Assembly (NCBI GenBank): GCA_045598525.1
Contig: JAZLMH010000023.1
Coordinates: 10,004-74,003, forward strand
DNA length: 64,000 nucleotides
Direction: 5' to 3'
Source of the DNA: Bacilli bacterium
GTDB lineage: Bacteria > Bacillota_I > Bacilli_A > RFN20 > CAG-826
Shown: positions 57,719 through 64,000 of the stretch, in pieces
How the letters are laid out: each line of letters starts with the position of its first letter
How positions within the stretch are numbered: position 1 is the stretch's first letter
Notes under the pieces: model-generated
Databases searched by the model: none
What the model was told of the DNA's origin: nothing
What the model saw: only the letters and a program-made list of their open reading frames with translations
Position numbers and translations under genes: made by a program

Positions 57719-59752
57719 TTATTCACTAGCGACCGTATCTGTAGAGATAGTGTTGCCAGTATAAAGCTGATAATATTTGCCTTTTTGTTTAAGTAATTGT
57801 TCATGGTTTCCACGTTCAATTACCTTGCCGTTTTCAAGAACCATAATAACGTCGCTATTCTTGATTGTGGACAAACGGTGAGCGATGACAAAGACCGTGC
57901 GCCCCTTCATGATTGCATCCATTCCCTGCTGAACGAGAGCTTCCGTACGGCTATCGATTGATGATGTTGCTTCATCAAGAATCATAACCGGTGGGTTAGC
58001 TACAGCAGCACGGGCAATAGCGATAAGCTGTCTTTGTCCTTGGGAAAGAGACGCCCCACCTGCAGTTAAAACCGTGTCATAGCCGTTTGGCAAATGAGTA
58101 ATGAAGTTGTGGGCGTTGGCAAGCTTTGCGGCGCTGATGACCTCTTCGTCTGTTGCTTCTAAATTACCGAAACGGATGTTCTCCATAACTGTTCCAGTGA
58201 ATAGTTTCGTTTCTTGTAAAACGATGCCTAATGACCTACGTAAATCTTTCTTTTTTATTTTATTAATGTTGATTTCATCATATCTAACTTTGCCATCTTC
58301 GATATCATAGAAACGATTAATAAGATTAGTGATGGTCGTTTTTCCCGCCCCTGTTGGGCCAACGAAAGCAATCTTTTGACCAGGGTTTGCATACATTGTC
58401 ACGTTGTGTAAAACAATCTTTCCTGGAACGTATCCAAAATCAACGTCGTCAAATGTGATTTGTCCCTTTAACCATCTATATGTTGTCTTAGACCCGTCGG
58501 TGTGAGGATGTTTCCAAGCCCACTTCCCTGTTCTCTCTTTGCATTCAACAGGGTCGCCATTTTCGTCTTCTGTCGCGTTAACGAGTTCAACATATCCATC
58601 GTCTGTTTCTTTTGGTTCATCGATAATGTCAAAGATTCTTGTAGCGCCGGCTAAAGCAAGAGCGATTAAGTTTAGTTGCTGAGACACTTGCCCGATTGGC
58701 TGAACAAACGATTTAGAATACATAAGAAAGCTGACAATAACGCCAATTGAAGCTGCACTATAAACAAAGCTTCCGGTTAAAGAAAGGCCAGCCCATTGAT
58801 TTGCAATTGCAATAGAACCTATTAAGGCGATTAAGACGTATTGAATGTTACCGACTTGATTTACGGTTGGCATAAGCAAATTAGCGTACTTGTTTGCTTT
58901 GACGGAATAATTAAAGAACTGATCGTTGTGCGCCTTGAAGCCTTCAATATTTCTATCTTCGTAGTTAAACACTTTAACAACGCGCTGTCCTTTTGTTAAT
59001 TCTTCTATATAGCCATTCATTTTTCCTAACTCAATTTGCTGTGCAACGAAGAATCTAGCACTCATTCTTGTGAAGAAGAAAATTATAAAGAAGATGAGTA
59101 TCGCTACTAATAAAACAACAGCAGTAAGCATAAAGTCAGTCAAAAGCATCATGACCAAACAAACAATCATGGTTACAATGGAGTTGGATATCATTGGAAT
59201 CGCCCTAGAAAGCATTTCGCGGAGCGCGTCTACATCGTTTGTGTAGACGGACATGATGTCGCCATGGCCTCTTCTATCAAAATAAGAAATAGGAAGATCC
59301 TGCATATGGTCAAAGAGTTCATCACGAATCTTTTTTTGGACCCCTTGTCCGATAACAGACATCAAAACGTTATAAATATAAAGGCAAATAATGCCAACCG
59401 CATAAATCGCCCCCATAACTGCAAGAGCCACGCCAAACGGAACACCAGCTACCAAACCTGTCGTAGGCGTCAATAATGTCATCGACCCAGCCTCAACAGA
59501 TGGGGTAATGTATTCATTAACGACAATTTGGCCCACAAACGCCGATCCTAAAACATTAGAACCGCTAGATGCGAGTATACAAATAAGAACCACGAAAAAC
59601 TGTAATGGATAATATTTAAAAATATACTTAAGGAGTCTTCCGACTGCGGCCATCTTGGCTTTTCCAGATACCTTGTTCATGTTCCTACCTTTAATTGGCG
59701 GCATCGAAATCACCTCCTCCATTCTGAGAATCAAAGAGTTCTTTATAAACAA
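57719..59752 (-). CDS. ABC exporter, fused permease/ATPase half-transporter (multidrug/lipid type), partner B
   Basis: 677 aa with 6 TM, Walker A GPTGAGKTT, the signature LSQGQRQ and Walker B ILDEATS. Its 5' end overlaps the upstream gene by 62 nt, so the real start is probably the internal Met (MPPIKG or MNKVSG). Confidence 0.85.
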   Translation of the reverse strand: MFIKNSLILRMEEVISMPPIKGRNMNKVSGKAKMAAVGRLLKYIFKYYPLQFFVVLICILASSGSNVLGSAFVGQIVVNEYITPSVEAGSMTLLTPTTGLVAGVPFGVALAVMGAIYAVGIICLYIYNVLMSVIGQGVQKKIRDELFDHMQDLPISYFDRRGHGDIMSVYTNDVDALREMLSRAIPMISNSIVTMIVCLVMMLLTDFMLTAVVLLVAILIFFIIFFFTRMSARFFVAQQIELGKMNGYIEELTKGQRVVKVFNYEDRNIEGFKAHNDQFFNYSVKANKYANLLMPTVNQVGNIQYVLIALIGSIAIANQWAGLSLTGSFVYSAASIGVIVSFLMYSKSFVQPIGQVSQQLNLIALALAGATRIFDIIDEPKETDDGYVELVNATEDENGDPVECKERTGKWAWKHPHTDGSKTTYRWLKGQITFDDVDFGYVPGKIVLHNVTMYANPGQKIAFVGPTGAGKTTITNLINRFYDIEDGKVRYDEININKIKKKDLRRSLGIVLQETKLFTGTVMENIRFGNLEATDEEVISAAKLANAHNFITHLPNGYDTVLTAGGASLSQGQRQLIAIARAAVANPPVMILDEATSSIDSRTEALVQQGMDAIMKGRTVFVIAHRLSTIKNSDVIMVLENGKVIERGNHEQLLKQKGKYYQLYTGNTISTDTVASE

Positions 59753-61451
59753 CGCTTGATTTCATAAGCGAAGCATTGTCGCCTGTCTCTAAAATTCTTC
59801 CTTCGTTCATTACCCAAATCTCGTCGCATTCTCTAACAGAAAGAACTCGCTGAGCGATAATGAATTTTGTTACGTCAGGACGATATTTCTGGAGTCCTTC
59901 GCGAATCATTGCATCTGTATGAGTGTCACAAGCGCTTGTAGAGTCATCCAAGATTAAAATCTTTGGGTTCTTAAGAAGAGCCCTGGCAATACATAACCTT
60001 TGTTTTTGACCGCCAGAAACGTTTGTTCCGCCTTCATCAAGCCTTGTCTCGAGTCCAGCTGGTAAATCTCTAAGAAAAGGCGTTACTTGAGCGATATCGC
60101 ATGCTTTCATTATCTCTTCATCGGTTGCGTTTTCATTTCCCCATTTTAGGTTTTCTCTAATTGTTCCTGAAAAGAGGGTGTTTTTCTGAAGAACAACAGC
60201 AACAGAATCTCGTAATGCCTTAAGATCATATTCTTTTACGTTGTGACCACCGACGAGAACTTCTCCTTCGGTTGTATCAAATAGACGGGCAATTAAAGAA
60301 ATGAGAGTTGTTTTGCTAGAACCGGTTGAACCAAGGATACCGACAGTCTTTCCAGACTCTACTTTTTGGTTAACATTGAGCAAAACCTCTTTGTTTTTAT
60401 GATAGCCAAAAGTCACATTTTTGAATTCAACTTCTCCATTTTCTACAGCAAAAATAGGATTTTCTGGGTTTTTGATATCTGGATCTTCTTCTAAAGCTTC
60501 CAAAATACGGACGGTTGAGTTCTTGCCAATGATCAAGGTGACATAAACCATTGAAATCATCATAAGCGACATCATGATCATCATGACATAAGTTATCATG
60601 GTACTTAATGTGCCAACGTCTAAAGTTCCTGTTGCGTCACCTATGATTGCGTTTGACATAATTACGCAAATGGCAATGATCGCGCCATAAATGGCGAGGT
60701 TAAGAATTGGTCCGTTTAAAGCGACTCTTTTTTCCGCTTTTTTGAAGTTTCTATAGATAAAACCAGAAACACCGCCGAACTTTTCCTTCTGAAGAGCTTC
60801 ACGATTGAATGACTTTACAACGCGAATGCCGTCAACATCTTGGCTAACAGCTTCGTTTAAATCGTCATACGATTCAAATACTTTAACGAAAACAGGATGT
60901 GCTTTATTAGCAATCAATATCAAAGCAACAAAAACGACAGGAATAATAGCTAGGAAGATTATTGCGGCCTGCCAGTAGGTGATAAAACACATAATAAGGG
61001 CAAACACCATAATTAAAGGGGCCCTAACAACCATACGAATGATCATTTGGAATGCGCCTTGAACATTGGTTACGTCTGTCGTGATTCTTGTGACCAAAGA
61101 GCTGGTTGAGAATTTATCAATATTCTTAAACGAATAATCCTGAATATGTGTGAAAATTGCTTCGCGTAAGTTCTTACCAAAGCCAGCAGCTGCGGTTGCT
61201 GCGAATATACCCGCAATAATACCGGTTATAGCGGCCAAAATTGCCATGCCTGCAATAAGACAACTAAGCATTATAATGTTGCTCATTCTTTCAGGCATCG
61301 TCTCAAGGTTTTTAACTTCATTAATCAAGAACTGCATAAAGAAGGCAACCAAAACTTCGGATATACATTCAATAAAGACTGATAGCCAAGTAATTATGGT
61401 CTCCTTCCAGAAACCTTTAACGTAACGTGATAACTTAAGAATCTCTTTCAT
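59691..61451 (-). CDS. ABC exporter, fused permease/ATPase half-transporter, partner A
   Basis: 586 aa with 6 TM, Walker A GSTGSSKTT, the signature VSGGQKQR and Walker B ILDDSTS. It forms a heterodimer pair like LmrCD/YheIH. Confidence 0.85.
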   Translation of the reverse strand: MKEILKLSRYVKGFWKETIITWLSVFIECISEVLVAFFMQFLINEVKNLETMPERMSNIIMLSCLIAGMAILAAITGIIAGIFAATAAAGFGKNLREAIFTHIQDYSFKNIDKFSTSSLVTRITTDVTNVQGAFQMIIRMVVRAPLIMVFALIMCFITYWQAAIIFLAIIPVVFVALILIANKAHPVFVKVFESYDDLNEAVSQDVDGIRVVKSFNREALQKEKFGGVSGFIYRNFKKAEKRVALNGPILNLAIYGAIIAICVIMSNAIIGDATGTLDVGTLSTMITYVMMIMMSLMMISMVYVTLIIGKNSTVRILEALEEDPDIKNPENPIFAVENGEVEFKNVTFGYHKNKEVLLNVNQKVESGKTVGILGSTGSSKTTLISLIARLFDTTEGEVLVGGHNVKEYDLKALRDSVAVVLQKNTLFSGTIRENLKWGNENATDEEIMKACDIAQVTPFLRDLPAGLETRLDEGGTNVSGGQKQRLCIARALLKNPKILILDDSTSACDTHTDAMIREGLQKYRPDVTKFIIAQRVLSVRECDEIWVMNEGRILETGDNASLMKSSVVYKELFDSQNGGGDFDAAN

Positions 61452-61476
61452 AATTATTCAAAGAATAATCTACTCA

Positions 61477-62451
61477 TTATTTGCTTCTGTCAATAATGCC
61501 GCCCAAAATTCGGTATAAATCATCTGCGGTTTTAATGTTCATAGATATTTGAGCCCTGATCTTTTTGTAGCCAGGAAAGCCGCTAAAGAATTGAGGAATC
61601 AATCCTCTTAATTGCATAACTGCGATCTTATCGCCAAACTGATTGATAAGCGCCTTGGAAAACTCAAGTGCCCATGTGGCTTGTTGGTGCAAAGTAGGCT
61701 TTGGCAATTCTTCTTTTCCCTCAAGACGGTTATTGATGCTTGTAACAAGATTAGGATTTCCTAAGCCGCCTCGAGCTACCATCACCAACTGAGCACCAGT
61801 AATTTCCATAGCTCTTAAAGCATCGTCCGCAGTAAAGATATCGCCCGAAATACAAAGAGGGATGTTAAGGCTCTTACCAAGGTCTCTAATACATTCGAAA
61901 TCTGGGACGCCCGCATATTGTTGAGCGGCAGTTCGTGCGTGAATTGTCAGCATTTTTATGCCACAACGCTCAAGCATTTTTGAAATTTCCCATACATTAA
62001 TATGTTCTTCGTCTTTACCTAAACGGATCTTCGCAGTAACTGGTTTATGCGAGGCTGCCACCACTGCTTTCATATATTCCTCAAGTTCAGCAGGACGACT
62101 TAGCCAAGAAGACCCAGCTCCGGTTTTTGTGACTTTTGTAACAGGGCATCCGAGGTTTATATCTAAAATGTCATAGTCGGCATTCTCTTCAACAAGAGCG
62201 ATTGCTTTGACCGTGTTCTCTTTGTTGAAACCAAAAAGCTGCAAGCCTACAGGCCTATCAACGTTTGACGTGGCCAAGTATGCGTATGTTTTCTTGTTTT
62301 TGTAATCAATGCCACAGTCAGAGATCATCTCGCTATAGGAAAGAGCAACCCCAAAAGGTTTCATAAATTCACGATATGCGAGGGTTGTGACGCCCGCCAT
62401 TGGACCTAGTATAACTCGTCCCTTTATTTCAATGTCTCCGATTTTAATCAT
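61477..62451 (-). CDS. dusB: tRNA-dihydrouridine synthase
   Basis: 324 aa. It has an FMN-binding TIM-barrel Dus motif (ILGPMAGVT...DINLGCP) and sits in the conserved dusB-lysS neighbourhood. Confidence 0.85.
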   Translation of the reverse strand: MIKIGDIEIKGRVILGPMAGVTTLAYREFMKPFGVALSYSEMISDCGIDYKNKKTYAYLATSNVDRPVGLQLFGFNKENTVKAIALVEENADYDILDINLGCPVTKVTKTGAGSSWLSRPAELEEYMKAVVAASHKPVTAKIRLGKDEEHINVWEISKMLERCGIKMLTIHARTAAQQYAGVPDFECIRDLGKSLNIPLCISGDIFTADDALRAMEITGAQLVMVARGGLGNPNLVTSINNRLEGKEELPKPTLHQQATWALEFSKALINQFGDKIAVMQLRGLIPQFFSGFPGYKKIRAQISMNIKTADDLYRILGGIIDRSK

Positions 62452-62464
62452 AATTGCTCAAAAA

Positions 62465-62488
62465 GAAGGCCCTGAGGCCTCTTTTTTA
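62465..62488 (-). terminator. Weak GC stem (aggcc-ctga-ggcct) with T-runs between ftsH and dusB
   Basis: The stem is short (5 bp), but U-runs sit on both sides. It may only attenuate. Confidence 0.3.
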
Positions 62489-64000
62489 TTTTGTTTCTTC
62501 TTCCTGAGGTTCAGGCTCTTTTTCAGGGGCCTTCTCAACGATTGGAGCAGCTTCAATTTCTTCTTTTGGAGCTAATTCTTCTTGTTTAACCTCCTCAGGT
62601 TTAGTAGTTGTTTCTATAACGGCTTTCTCTTCATCAGTAAGGTTTTCTCCTGCGCCTACCTCAGCCTTTTCTTTTTCAGGAAGTTTGCCAGTCTTAATAA
62701 GCGATTCGATTTCTTCTGCTGTAATCGTTTCGTTCTTAAGAAGTGTTTCGGCAATAAGCATAACCTCTGCTTTGTGTTCAGTTAAAATTGTACGTGCTTC
62801 TTGATGGGCGTTCTCGACAATTTCGCGAACCGCCTTATCAATCTCACGGGCAACTTCTGAAGAGAAGTTTTTGGTTGTGTTTGCGTAATCTCTTCCAAGG
62901 AAGACAGAACCGTTGCTTTGTTCATACTGGATTGGTCCAAGGTCTGACATGCCATACATAGTAACCATGGCACGAGCGATTCTTGTTGCCTCCTGGATAT
63001 CATTTGAAGCACCAGTAGAAATATCATCAAAGAAGATTTCCTCCGATGTGCGTCCACCAAGTAAACCAGTAATCTCAGCAAGAAGCTCTTTCTTCGTTAA
63101 TAAGAAACGATCAGCTTCAGGCGTCATAAGAACATGGCCTCCGGTGTTACCGCGAGGAATAATGGTGATCTTCTGGACTTTGTTTGCGTGTGGAAGGATT
63201 AAACCAATAACTGCGTGACCAGATTCATGGAATGCAATTTGCTTACGTTCCTTTTCACTTAAGCCTTTTGAGGTTTTTGCAGGTCCTGCAATTCTACGGT
63301 CAATAGCTTCGTCAATTTCGCCCATGGAAACGCATTCTTTCTTGAAACGAACAGCAAGAATTGCGGCTTCATTAAGAATGTTTTCGATGTCTGCGCCTGA
63401 GAAACCAACCGTTCTTTGTGCTAAAGCACTGAAGTCTACATCAGGTGAAATCTTTTTATTTCTTGCGTGAACTTTGAAAATAGCTTCACGACCTTCCTTG
63501 TTAGGAAGACCAACAGTAACAACGCGGTCAAAACGTCCTGGACGCAATAATGCTGGGTCAAGAACATCATCTCTGTTTGTAGCAGCCATAACTAGGATAC
63601 CTGAGTTATACTCAAAACCGTCCATTTCAACTAAGAGTTGGTTAAGGGTTTGCTCACGTTCATCGTTGCCTCCGCCTAAGCCAGCGCCACGCTGACGACC
63701 AACAGCGTCAATTTCATCGATGAAAACAATGCACGGGGCTGTTTGTTTGGCTTTTTTGAAAAGGTCACGAACACGTCCAGCGCCGACACCAACGAACATT
63801 TCTACAAAATCAGAACCTGAGATGCTATAGAAAGGAACGCCGGCTTCACCTGCAACGGCTTTTGCCAAAAGGGTTTTACCTGTGCCTGGTGGGCCGATTA
63901 AGAGGACGCCTTTTGGAAGTCTTGCGCCGTATTTCGAATATTTCTTTGGCTCTTTTAAGTAGTCGACCATCTCGACCATTTCCGCCTTCTCTTCATCACA
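62486..64000 (-). CDS. ftsH: ATP-dependent zinc metalloprotease FtsH, 5'-truncated at the window end
   Basis: It has the AAA+ Walker A GPPGTGKT, an SRH region, the HEXXH zinc site HESGHA, and a C-terminal Glu/Lys-rich tail. The N-terminal TM region lies beyond coordinate 64000. Confidence 0.95.
   Translation of the reverse strand, partial: CDEEKAEMVEMVDYLKEPKKYSKYGARLPKGVLLIGPPGTGKTLLAKAVAGEAGVPFYSISGSDFVEMFVGVGAGRVRDLFKKAKQTAPCIVFIDEIDAVGRQRGAGLGGGNDEREQTLNQLLVEMDGFEYNSGILVMAATNRDDVLDPALLRPGRFDRVVTVGLPNKEGREAIFKVHARNKKISPDVDFSALAQRTVGFSGADIENILNEAAILAVRFKKECVSMGEIDEAIDRRIAGPAKTSKGLSEKERKQIAFHESGHAVIGLILPHANKVQKITIIPRGNTGGHVLMTPEADRFLLTKKELLAEITGLLGGRTSEEIFFDDISTGASNDIQEATRIARAMVTMYGMSDLGPIQYEQSNGSVFLGRDYANTTKNFSSEVAREIDKAVREIVENAHQEARTILTEHKAEVMLIAETLLKNETITAEEIESLIKTGKLPEKEKAEVGAGENLTDEEKAVIETTTKPEEVKQEELAPKEEIEAAPIVEKAPEKEPEPQEEETK

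Noticed and set aside
1-64000. Possible Mollicutes genetic code (TGA=Trp), given the lipoprotein-rich, sortase-free surface proteome.
   Set aside because: Conserved genes terminate at TGA where homologs end (the malic enzyme and the 1340 aa protein), and all housekeeping genes are full length under the standard code.
1-64000. CRISPR arrays, tRNA/rRNA genes, transposases, integrases or phage genes.
   Set aside because: No regularly spaced direct repeats, no cloverleaf-like conserved tRNA segments and no transposase or integrase-like ORFs were seen.

Overview
This 64 kb window is low-GC and almost fully coding. It looks like a Firmicutes/Mollicutes-related anaerobe (Erysipelotrichia/Acholeplasma-like); the gene order fits but no organism is asserted. 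The ORF coordinates include the stop codon, and the standard code fits because TGA is used as a stop. One flank is central and fermentative metabolism on the minus strand: a NAD(P)-malic enzyme, a two-subunit class I fumarase and AdhE, interleaved with two membrane GGDEF diguanylate cyclases. The other flank is a conserved housekeeping block on the minus strand: rpsF-ssb-rpsR, lysS, a heterodimeric ABC exporter pair, dusB and a 5'-truncated ftsH. Between them lies a large accessory surface-protein region with at least 10 lipobox lipoproteins, a GH3 glycosidase, an SGNH hydrolase, a beta-helix carbohydrate-binding lipoprotein, a CotH-like protein and a secreted phosphatase. Surface proteins here are anchored by C-terminal TM helices rather than LPXTG. 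The main discovery is two paralogous cassettes, each preceded by a GEMM/c-di-GMP-I-like riboswitch. Locus 1 is plus strand 16226..22753 and locus 2 is minus strand 42707..50047. Each cassette encodes a ~280-290 aa protein with a TasA/camelysin-like (SipW-cognate-type) signal peptide, then a giant ~1000-1340 aa protein with the same signal type and a beta-helix-like start, then a BspA-type leucine-rich-repeat surface protein. Locus 1 is intact and translationally coupled. In locus 2 the small gene and riboswitch are intact, but the giant gene has two frameshifts and the LRR gene has an in-frame TAG. Other notable items are a flavin reductase-rubredoxin-rubredoxin-rubrerythrin fusion, a histidine-rich tandem repeat in an FtsX-like ABC permease, and several clean rho-independent terminators. 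No CRISPR, tRNA/rRNA or mobile-element genes were recognised.
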